Shown here: piece after piece, positions 1-7,172 of the stretch
Position numbering within the stretch: the first letter of the stretch is position 1
Layout of the letters: each line of letters opens with the position of its first letter
Made by a program: the position numbers and the translations under genes
The notes under the pieces: generated by a model
Databases searched by the model: none
What the model was told of the DNA's origin: nothing
What the model saw: only the letters and a program-made list of their open reading frames with translations
Source of the DNA: an uncultured bacterium
GTDB lineage: Bacteria; Macinerneyibacteriota; Macinerneyibacteria; Macinerneyibacteriales; DSCS01
Direction: 5' to 3'
Length of the DNA stretch: 25,641 nucleotides
Assembly (NCBI GenBank): GCA_964548195.1
Contig: CAZJQC010000019.1
Coordinates: forward strand, 1 to 25,641

Positions 1-260
1 TCCGGGAAGGTGCTTACTGGACCGCTTTGATCGCCGAAGAGGACAGGGGAGGGGGCGCGATGGTAATATTCAATGCGCAAGGTCAGGCCACGGGTTATTG
101 CACTCTTGAGTTTCCTCCGGGCGAGTACTCTCCCTATCTGATGTACGACAAAGAGAATGACACCGTCCTCTATCAATTGAACGACATCAAAACGGGAGAG
201 GGCGACAGAAAAGCCGTATACGTTGCAAAGATCCGCCGGGCGGACGGGGTAAGTGAATAA
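1..260 (+). CDS. 3' end of a hypothetical protein (5'-truncated), possibly the last blades of a beta-propeller lipoprotein
   Basis: Frame is open from base 3 (REGAYWTALIAEEDRGGGAMVIFNAQG...) to TAA at 258-260. Short beta-strand/turn pattern (MVIFNAQGQ, LMYDKENDTVLY, AVYVAKI). Lies directly upstream of a propeller-type lipoprotein. Confidence 0.6.
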   Translation, partial: REGAYWTALIAEEDRGGGAMVIFNAQGQATGYCTLEFPPGEYSPYLMYDKENDTVLYQLNDIKTGEGDRKAVYVAKIRRADGVSE

Positions 261-370
261 GGATATCGATGGGGATACGGATGAAAACGGACGGCGCGTC
301 CCGGGCCGGAAAGGACAGTACGGCCGCCGATGCGGTGGAAATAAATGAGATAGAAAGGGAGAGGAGAACC

Positions 371-1459
371 ATGGTCAAACACATTCCTTTTAAACTGATC
401 GTTGTGGCGTTGATGTTTTTCCCGGGCTGCGGGTCCGGGGATGACACTATGGTGAAAAACGGACTCGAACCTTCCCGGGGAGTCATAAACGCGGAGATCA
501 AATACATGTGGTCCCCCGATGCGCACGCTTCGACGTCCGCTTCAATGAGGACCGGTGTACACAACGGAGAGATATATTATGTCAAGGACAAGGGTGAAGA
601 CTATGCGATATCCTTTCATGCCGCGGACGGCACATTAAGACATGAGTTCGCCATAGAAAAGGGGCGAGGGCCGGGGCAGGCAGGTTTCCCCCTTGGCGTC
701 AAGATACTGGACGATACGGTGTATTTTGCCGATATAGCATTGATGAGACTGTCGAAGTTCACACTCGACGGCCGTTTTATCGATTCCTTCGACTGGAACA
801 GCGAAACGGGTTTTATCGCGACTTTTGACCTTGCGGAAAATGACCTGATATTTTTCGGACTGACTGCGCTGAAACTCGGGATGATGGACATGGAGACAGG
901 AGAGATACAGAAAGCGGTGGCGTATGATCCGCCTAAACCCGCCCCCGGACATGACGATCCGTTTGAAGGAGGCGTGCTGGCATATGACAAAGAGACCGGC
1001 AGGATATTCTGCGGCATGATAGATTCCCCTTACCGCATAGATGTATATGACATGGCGTTAAATCGTATCATGACAATATATAAAAAGTCGCCGGATGTGA
1101 GAAAATCTGTAAAATGGTATGTTGGAGGCGGAATATTTGATATAATAGGAGATTTTAATATATTTTCCATGATAATAGATGACAAATATATCTATGCGCC
1201 TGAAATATCCATCAGGACGCGTATCATAAATGGGGGAAGGGAGAATGAGCCTTTTGACATGCGCATCAACGTATTTGACAAAAACAGCGGTGAATATGTA
1301 TATGCCATAGAAAACAAGTCCTTGAATGGCATCAGGGACGAGTTGACATTGGTCGGATTCTGCGGGGGAGACATCGTGTTGCAGGTATACGGCCTAAAGA
1401 GCAGCGGTGAAAACGAAGCCGTGAGACAGTTTGTGGTGATTGAAAATCCTCTGAAATGA
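371..1459 (+). CDS. Lipoprotein, 6-bladed beta-propeller-like (GRGPG motif), 362 aa
   Basis: GAGGAG at 361-366 before ATG 371, which I prefer to the ORF-track start at 269. Signal peptide with lipobox-like FPG-C. Motifs KGRGPGQ, VYFAD..LMRLSKFTLDGRFI and PYRIDVYD. Paralogue at 16203-17291. Confidence 0.75.
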   Translation: MVKHIPFKLIVVALMFFPGCGSGDDTMVKNGLEPSRGVINAEIKYMWSPDAHASTSASMRTGVHNGEIYYVKDKGEDYAISFHAADGTLRHEFAIEKGRGPGQAGFPLGVKILDDTVYFADIALMRLSKFTLDGRFIDSFDWNSETGFIATFDLAENDLIFFGLTALKLGMMDMETGEIQKAVAYDPPKPAPGHDDPFEGGVLAYDKETGRIFCGMIDSPYRIDVYDMALNRIMTIYKKSPDVRKSVKWYVGGGIFDIIGDFNIFSMIIDDKYIYAPEISIRTRIINGGRENEPFDMRINVFDKNSGEYVYAIENKSLNGIRDELTLVGFCGGDIVLQVYGLKSSGENEAVRQFVVIENPLK

Positions 1460-1484
1460 AAAAGGGAAGCCTGAGCTTCCCTTT
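1459..1484. terminator. Bidirectional intrinsic terminator between convergent genes
   Basis: Perfect 10-bp stem AAAGGGAAGC-ctga-GCTTCCCTTT (1461-1484), flanked by A and T runs, between the stops at 1459 (+) and 1503 (-). Confidence 0.85.
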
Positions 1485-1502
1485 AAACCGTTTGATGACG
1501 GG

Positions 1503-1754
1503 TTAGTTTTTCTGATGCGCTCTGTCGACCCTGAGTTTTCTTCCTTCGAACTCAGCGTCATTGAGGCTTTCCACCGCTTTCACAGCGGCTTCTTCTGTTT
1601 CAAAAGTCACAAAACCGAAGCCTTTTGAGCGTCCGGACTCACGATCTTTTATTATTTTAACCTCAGTTACCTCGCCAGCTTTTTCAAAAAACTCTTTAAG
1701 ACTCTCATTTGTTGTTGAGTAGGGAAGATTCCCGACAAAAACAATGTACTCCAT
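1503..1754 (-). CDS. Single-RRM RNA-binding protein (83 aa)
   Basis: RNP2 (VFVGNL) and RNP1 (KGFGFVTF) motifs, plus DRESGRSKG and EGRKLRV. GGAGG at 1761-1765 (minus) before ATG 1754. Confidence 0.95.
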   Translation of the reverse strand: MEYIVFVGNLPYSTTNESLKEFFEKAGEVTEVKIIKDRESGRSKGFGFVTFETEEAAVKAVESLNDAEFEGRKLRVDRAHQKN

Positions 1755-1782
1755 TAAATACCTCCATGTGTTAAAGCTATTA

Positions 1783-1811
1783 AAAATACTTCTTTTTATT
1801 CCGTTTGTCAA
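1783..1811 (-). promoter_or_regulatory. Sigma70-type promoter of the RRM gene
   Basis: Minus strand TTGACA (1811-1806), 17-bp spacer, TATTTT (1788-1783), in an AT-rich intergenic region. Confidence 0.6.
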
Positions 1812-1837
1812 TGAATTTGATTTAACGGCAAAAGAAG

Positions 1838-2398
1838 TTAAAAAGATGCGGCATTTTTGAATATATCCGGAAAGCTTTTTAAAAGCGCCGGCCTTATTTT
1901 AGAGAGATAAGCGGCTTTCCCCATATAGAAGACGAATTCGGTCAAAGCGAACAAAAGTATTGTAAAGACAGAAAACGGTATGGCGGCGGTTTTCGGCATC
2001 CTTATGCCGGAAAGGAGGGCCGCCCCTTTTAAAAAGGGCAGCAGAGCCGTGCGGAAAAGAATTGCACGCAGTATCAAAAAAAGTGTTTTTCGTGGCAGTG
2101 AGTGCCCTTTGCGGTCAAATATCAGCGGATAATAGCCAAAATAAAAAACGTAAAGCAGCACGGGCAGCTTGGAAGGCGCAAGCATCAGGGACAAGATTGA
2201 GACGCTCAGGTAATGGTATAGCCACAGATGTGTGCCAAACTCGAATATGATGAGCGCCGATATGAAAACGGCGGCGGAGAAAATCGCGGCCTTGCCTGCC
2301 GGGACCGCAGAGGCCAGTATGAGGGCTATTACGCTCAGCGCGGAAAACAAAGCCGATGCCGATTTCTGACGCAGGCCCGTTTTCTCAACAGCAGCCAA
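1838..2398 (-). CDS. Uncharacterised multi-pass membrane protein
   Basis: About five hydrophobic segments and a YFGYYP motif. TTG start lies inside the 3' end of the J-domain gene, with GGAGG upstream in the CGGD codons, consistent with translational coupling. Confidence 0.75.
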   Translation of the reverse strand: MAAVEKTGLRQKSASALFSALSVIALILASAVPAGKAAIFSAAVFISALIIFEFGTHLWLYHYLSVSILSLMLAPSKLPVLLYVFYFGYYPLIFDRKGHSLPRKTLFLILRAILFRTALLPFLKGAALLSGIRMPKTAAIPFSVFTILLFALTEFVFYMGKAAYLSKIRPALLKSFPDIFKNAASF

Positions 2399-2981
2399 TC
2401 AGATCCCCTCCGCAGCATTCGCAGCAGCAGTCCGCACAGATAAGAGAAGCGCAGCAGTCGCAGGGTGAGCCGCATCCGGCCGCGTAAGCGTTGCCGGCGT
2501 CTCTGTAGGACCTGCCTCCCGAAGAGATACGGGAGTATGCCGCCTTGTATTCGCTGTTTGAAGGGTCCATACGCATTGCCGTCTGTATGTACTGTACACC
2601 CTGCAAAAGCCATCCCCTGTTGAGGTATACGGTGCCCCTGAGAAAATACCATTCAGCGCTTCTGTCCCGCGAAGAGTCCAATATCTGGTCGGCCTCGTCA
2701 TAGCGCCCTTCGGCGATCAACCTCCTGACGGACTCATAGCTGCCCGCGCGTCCTGATGCGGCGTGCCCGCTTTTTCCGTTTCCCGTGTAAGACGCTTTGT
2801 CCTTGATCTCTTCATAGGCCCGGGTGACCTCCTTGAATTTTTCTTCTGCCAGGCCTGACAGCGGATTCCCCGAATAACGGTCCGGGTGATACTTTTTTGC
2901 AAGGTTCCTGTAAGCTTCCTTGATCTCAGCGGGTGATGCGTTTCTGCTTACTCCCAGGATCTCATAGGGGTCGTTCGTCAT
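2385..2981 (-). CDS. J-domain (DnaJ-like) protein with a TPR-like middle region and a Cys-rich C-terminal tail
   Basis: DPYEILGV...[11 protein letters not shown]...[11 protein letters not shown] domain with intact HPD. TPR-like AEWYFLRG...[11 protein letters not shown]. Tail [38 protein letters not shown]. Confidence 0.92.
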   Translation of the reverse strand: MTNDPYEILGVSRNASPAEIKEAYRNLAKKYHPDRYSGNPLSGLAEEKFKEVTRAYEEIKDKASYTGNGKSGHAASGRAGSYESVRRLIAEGRYDEADQILDSSRDRSAEWYFLRGTVYLNRGWLLQGVQYIQTAMRMDPSNSEYKAAYSRISSGGRSYRDAGNAYAAGCGSPCDCCASLICADCCCECCGGDLIGCC

Positions 2982-3840
2982 GCGTTTCCTCCTGTCTGTA
3001 TTTGCTTATAGTGTCCGATGTCACTTTTTTAAGTCCGAGCAGTATTATATTGGATATGATCCTGCCGTTTATATGCGCTTTGGCCGACTCCCATCCTGCG
3101 CGTATATGCTCAAGCGTCAGAAAAAGACTGTCTTCAACGATTAATTGCATCCTTTCGACATCAGAGTAAAAACTCTCTTTTTTAATCTTAAAATCACTCA
3201 CAAGAGGGTTAAATCTCTTTTTTTTCAGATCCTGTAGCAGATCGTCAAAAGCGTCGATTATATATATCCACCTGCCGAGCTGGTATCCCATGTCGTAGAG
3301 GGCGGAAGCGGCTGTTTTATCATGGATCTGCGCAGACAGTATACCGCCTATCAGCCTTCCGGAAAAATGCGCCGCGGAATCGGTGGTGCAGTGTCCCGAG
3401 CGTTCTTCAATACTCAGTCCGTTCAGGTCGCTTAAAACATTTTCGGCGTTGGTTATGTTTTTTAACGCGCTTGAAAAGGCCGGTTTTAAGAGCGCAGCCG
3501 GTATGCGCCATAACGGCGATTCGTCCACGATATTGTCTTCAAGCGATTTGTAGGCGAGTATGACGTTTATGTCGGCCGCGTAATCTGCGGAAGCGCCGGA
3601 CAGGAAAAGGCGGGGCTTTAACATATGAGCATGGCAGCGGCCCTCCGAGCGAGTCGGAGAATTCCCGTTTATCGAGTCAAGTATAAGGGAGAGAAAAGCC
3701 GCCTCATAGGATAGCGTCAGCGTGGTGTGTATCCCGTACCGCCTCTTCATGCTTTTACAAATGCCGCAGTAGTATCCCTTGTACGCCGTTTTGTCCTGTT
3801 CATCCATAAAGCAGGAATTTGCCCTTACATAACCGAACAT
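2962..3840 (-). CDS. DUF5685-family protein
   Basis: Family-typical MFGYV start, [33 protein letters not shown] and [16 protein letters not shown]...FNP. AAGGA RBS before ATG 3840. Overlaps the J-domain gene by 20 nt. Confidence 0.85.
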   Translation of the reverse strand: MFGYVRANSCFMDEQDKTAYKGYYCGICKSMKRRYGIHTTLTLSYEAAFLSLILDSINGNSPTRSEGRCHAHMLKPRLFLSGASADYAADINVILAYKSLEDNIVDESPLWRIPAALLKPAFSSALKNITNAENVLSDLNGLSIEERSGHCTTDSAAHFSGRLIGGILSAQIHDKTAASALYDMGYQLGRWIYIIDAFDDLLQDLKKKRFNPLVSDFKIKKESFYSDVERMQLIVEDSLFLTLEHIRAGWESAKAHINGRIISNIILLGLKKVTSDTISKYRQEETHDERPL

Positions 3841-3861
3841 CAGTATATCCTTTTTTTGCTC

Positions 3862-3890
3862 AGGATAACGCAATTACGGATATGTGTCAA
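3862..3890 (-). promoter_or_regulatory. Sigma70-type promoter of the DUF5685 operon
   Basis: Minus strand TTGACA (3890-3885), 17-bp spacer, TATCCT (3867-3862), about 22 nt upstream of ATG 3840. Confidence 0.65.
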
Positions 3891-3994
3891 AGACATAAGC
3901 GCAAAAGGGGGCGGCTTGGCGTGACGGCCGGAGATGAGCATGAACATATCCGGGCGCATCTTCAGTGACATTGTAATACAACATATCTCAGGTT

Positions 3995-4005
3995 TGTGAT
4001 ATAAT
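3995..4005 (+). promoter_or_regulatory. Extended -10 promoter of the TspO-like gene
   Basis: TGTG-a-TATAAT (3995-4005), followed by AAGGAGG (4012-4018) and ATG 4023. Confidence 0.65.
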
Positions 4006-4022
4006 GGAAAAAAGGAGGCGTT

Positions 4023-4781
4023 ATGAACAAATATAAATCCGCCGCATTGTCCGCATTGTTTTTTTACATGGTCATGCTGGCCGTTAACGCGGCCGCAAAT
4101 ACGGCCCCTCTGAACGGATTGACAACGGGAGACATCTCAAGTATGTTTCCGAATAAGTTTGTCCCGGCGCCGTTGACGTTCTCCATCTGGGGGCTGATAT
4201 ACCTGATGCTGGGCATCTATACATTCAATGTGTTTTACAGGGCTTTCGCGTTAAAACGCCCCATAGACCTTGAAACAGTAAGGCTTTATACTGCTACCTG
4301 TCTCCTTAATTCAGCCTGGATATTTTCCTGGCACTTCCTTCAAATAGGATTGTCTCTCCTGGTCATGGCGGCCCTTTACGTTTTGCTTTTTATGATCAGG
4401 CACGGCCTGCGCAACGGAACGGGACGATTGACTCCCGGAAGGGTCGAGATCGCGGCTTTCGCCATCTATTTTGCCTGGATAAACGCCGCCTTTCTTGCCA
4501 ACTTCACTGTTTTTTTTATATACGGCGGGGTTAAGGCCGCCGGAAGCCACGGCTGGGCATATGCGATGATAGGACTGGCCGCCCTGGCAGCGGTGTTCTT
4601 TGTCTCTCAAAAAAAGGACTTGTGGGCGGCTCCGGTGGGAGTATGGGTGTTTGCCGGAATAATCATGAAACAAGGATCGGCGCCGGATGGACGCGGCCTC
4701 TCAATGGCGGCGGCCGCGGCATCCCTGGCAGTCGTGATCGCCTTTCTCATCGCTGTAAACAGGCTGCGCAGGGCAGATTAG
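4023..4781 (+). CDS. TspO/MBR-related tryptophan-rich membrane protein
   Basis: LNGLTTGDIS..FPNKFVPAPLTFSIWGLIY, LNSAWIFSWH and FAIYFAWI..A..AN motifs. About seven to eight hydrophobic helices. Strong RBS. Confidence 0.8.
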   Translation: MNKYKSAALSALFFYMVMLAVNAAANTAPLNGLTTGDISSMFPNKFVPAPLTFSIWGLIYLMLGIYTFNVFYRAFALKRPIDLETVRLYTATCLLNSAWIFSWHFLQIGLSLLVMAALYVLLFMIRHGLRNGTGRLTPGRVEIAAFAIYFAWINAAFLANFTVFFIYGGVKAAGSHGWAYAMIGLAALAAVFFVSQKKDLWAAPVGVWVFAGIIMKQGSAPDGRGLSMAAAAASLAVVIAFLIAVNRLRRAD

Positions 4782-4812
4782 GGAACCCGCAATGACTTGG
4801 ATTGTTTTTTAC

Positions 4813-4840
4813 TTGACAACAGAATAAAAAGGCTAACAAT
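4813..4840 (+). promoter_or_regulatory. Probable promoter of nifS-nifU
   Basis: TTGACA at 4813-4818. An imperfect -10 (AACAAT, 4835-4840) at 16-bp spacing. Confidence 0.4.
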
Positions 4841-4875
4841 GTACTAACAAATGAGATGAAGGGAGCGGAAATATC

Positions 4876-6036
4876 ATGAGAGTATACCTTGACAACAATG
4901 CGACGACTATGGTGGATCCGGATGTGAGAGACAGGATGATACCGTTTTTCAGCGGCAAATACGGCAACCCCAACTCCTTGCATTCATATGGCATGGAAGT
5001 ACGGGCAGAGATGGACAGGGCCCTTGACATGCTGTACGCCGGCATAAACGCCTCTGAAGAGGATGATATAATAGTAAACGGCTGTGCCACTGAAGGCAAT
5101 AACACCGTCCTTAAATATATTTATTTCAATAATGTTTTGAATAGCGGGAAGAACAGAATACTGACGACGTCAGTCGAGCATCCCAGCGTCTCCAAGACGC
5201 TTCGGTTTTTGGAAAAGGCGGGTGTCCGGGTCGATTATATGCCGGTAAACAAAGATGGCATTGTCACACTTGATATACTAAAGGAATACCTTGACCCCGA
5301 CAATACCGCATTGGTCTCGGTGATGTGGGCGAACAATGAGACCGGCCTTATCATGCCCGTAAAAAAACTGGCGGAATACACAAAAGAGGCAGGCGTCCTG
5401 TTCCACACCGACGCCGTACAGGCCATAGGGAAGATCGGCGTCGATATGAACGAGGTCCCTGCGGATTACATGACTTTCAGCGCCCATAAGTTTCACGGCC
5501 CCAAAGGGGTCGGAGGACTGTATGTGAGAAGGGGAGCCGCCGTTTTACCGCTGCTGCACGGCGGGGAACAGATGGGCGACCTGCGTGCCGGAACGGTGGA
5601 CGCGGGAGGCATGGTGGGTATGGCAGCCGCTCTTGAAAAGGCGGTAAGTCATATTGACTATGAGAATACCGAGGTGAGAAGGCTGCGTGACAGATTGGAA
5701 GACTCTTTGCTGTCGATAAGGGATGTCATGGTCATCGGAGACAGGTCGCTCAGGACGCCCAATACAATACTCGCATCGTTTAAAGGCATTGAAGGCGAGG
5801 CATTCGCTTGGGAGATGAACAAACACGGCATTGCAGTCTCCACGGGAAGCGCCTGCGCTTCCGAGTCGCTTGAAGCCGATCCCACGCTGAAAGCCATGGA
5901 CCTTGACCCGGAACTGGCGCATACTGCGATAAGGTTCAGCCTTTCCCGCTTTAATACGGATGATGAGATAGATTACACAATAAAGATGGTCGAAGAAAGC
6001 GTAAGAAGGCTGCGCTCCATATCAATAGATTACTGA
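4876..6036 (+). CDS. nifS: Cysteine desulfurase, NifS type
   Basis: YLDNNATT, YGNPNSLH, EHPSV, ANNETG, HTDAVQ, SAHKFHGPKG (PLP lysine), STGSAC (catalytic Cys), RFSLSRFNT. Confidence 0.97.
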   Translation: MRVYLDNNATTMVDPDVRDRMIPFFSGKYGNPNSLHSYGMEVRAEMDRALDMLYAGINASEEDDIIVNGCATEGNNTVLKYIYFNNVLNSGKNRILTTSVEHPSVSKTLRFLEKAGVRVDYMPVNKDGIVTLDILKEYLDPDNTALVSVMWANNETGLIMPVKKLAEYTKEAGVLFHTDAVQAIGKIGVDMNEVPADYMTFSAHKFHGPKGVGGLYVRRGAAVLPLLHGGEQMGDLRAGTVDAGGMVGMAAALEKAVSHIDYENTEVRRLRDRLEDSLLSIRDVMVIGDRSLRTPNTILASFKGIEGEAFAWEMNKHGIAVSTGSACASESLEADPTLKAMDLDPELAHTAIRFSLSRFNTDDEIDYTIKMVEESVRRLRSISIDY

Positions 6037-6054
6037 TGCCGAAAGGGAGGACTC

Positions 6055-7020
6055 ATGGCTAAAAAAGACTTGGTAGGCGGTAAATTGTGGGAGATATATT
6101 CAAATAATGTCATAGAAAGGATGAATAATCCCAAGTATTTCGGCGAGATCACGGAGGATGAAGCCGCCAGACGCGGCTGTAAGCTGGTCGTCGCGGATTG
6201 GGGCGCCGAATCCTGCGGCGATGCCGTTCGCCTTTTCTGGATGATCGATACAAAAGACGATATCATCAAAGACGCGCGGTTCAAGACCTTCGGTTGCGGC
6301 ACGGCCATAGCCTCAAGCGATGTGATGGCGGAACTGTGCATAGGCAAGACCGTGGACGAAGCGTTGAAGATCACTAACATAGATGTCGAAAAGGCCATGA
6401 GGGACTCCGAGGACAAGATGTCCATCCCGCCACAAAAGATGCATTGCAGTGTCATGGCTTACGACGTGATAAAAAAAGCGGCCTCGGTATACAAAGGGGT
6501 GGACATGGAAGACCTCGAGGAAGAGGAGATCGTGTGCGAATGCGCGAGGGTATCCCTGAGGACCATAAAAGACGTGATCAGGATAAACGATCTGAAGACA
6601 GTCGCCGAGATAACGGAATATACAAAAGCCGGCGCTTTTTGCGGTTCCTGCATCAGGCCGGGCGGTCATGAAAACAGAAAATACTATCTGGAGGATATAC
6701 TCAGAGACGTGAGACAGGAAATGGAAAAGGGACATGTGACGGCCGAGCTCTCTCCCGGTGATTTCGGTGACATGAGCCCGGTTGCAAAGTATAAGCTTAT
6801 AGCGGAGATCATCGAGGAAAAGATCAAACCCATACTTCACCGCGATGGCGGAGACCTGGAGATCATGGACGTCAGAGACTCGGAAGAAGGCACCACCGTC
6901 TTCATCAAGTATCTCGGAGGGTGTGCCGTGTGCGCCGCTTCGGGGACCGGTACCCTTAACATGATAGAGATGACGCTGAGGGAAGCCATAGACAGCGCGA
7001 TCGTCGTCCGCATAGTCTGA
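6055..7020 (+). CDS. nifU: Three-domain Fe-S scaffold NifU
   Basis: IscU-like domain (SCGD, FGCGTAIASSD, KMHCS), central BFD-like [2Fe-2S] domain (VCEC...FCGSC) and C-terminal Nfu domain (DGGD...GGCAVC). GGAGG RBS. Confidence 0.96.
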   Translation: MAKKDLVGGKLWEIYSNNVIERMNNPKYFGEITEDEAARRGCKLVVADWGAESCGDAVRLFWMIDTKDDIIKDARFKTFGCGTAIASSDVMAELCIGKTVDEALKITNIDVEKAMRDSEDKMSIPPQKMHCSVMAYDVIKKAASVYKGVDMEDLEEEEIVCECARVSLRTIKDVIRINDLKTVAEITEYTKAGAFCGSCIRPGGHENRKYYLEDILRDVRQEMEKGHVTAELSPGDFGDMSPVAKYKLIAEIIEEKIKPILHRDGGDLEIMDVRDSEEGTTVFIKYLGGCAVCAASGTGTLNMIEMTLREAIDSAIVVRIV

Positions 7021-7043
7021 ACGGTTTAGCCCTTACGCATTGC

Positions 7044-7071
7044 AGCCCCGGTCTTGCCGGGGCTTTTTTTT
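7044..7071 (+). terminator. Intrinsic terminator after nifU
   Basis: AGCCCCGG-tcttg-CCGGGGCT stem followed by a T run (7064-7071). Confidence 0.9.
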
Positions 7072-7073
7072 GC

Positions 7074-7102
7074 TTGACATCCCGGGATAATGTTAGTATC
7101 TT
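7074..7102 (+). promoter_or_regulatory. Sigma70-type promoter of copA
   Basis: TTGACA (7074-7079), 17-bp spacer, TATCTT (7097-7102), immediately after the nifU terminator. Confidence 0.65.
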
Positions 7103-7172
7103 TATATCATATATAAAAGCCATGCATTTGCCTTGCCTTTAACATATGTTTGGCATGACCGGAAGGGGAATG

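Noticed and set aside
269..370. N-terminal extension of the lipoprotein ORF from ATG 269
   Set aside because: The RBS and a proper signal peptide/lipobox start at 371, and the extension would bury the signal peptide.
2386..2462. GCA/GCAGCA short repeats as a possible tandem repeat or array
   Set aside because: They are the reverse complement of TGC Cys codons in the J-protein tail, not an independent repeat.
4876..7020. nifS/nifU as evidence of nitrogen fixation
   Set aside because: No nifHDK or other nif genes are in the window, and stand-alone NifSU serves housekeeping Fe-S assembly in non-diazotrophs.
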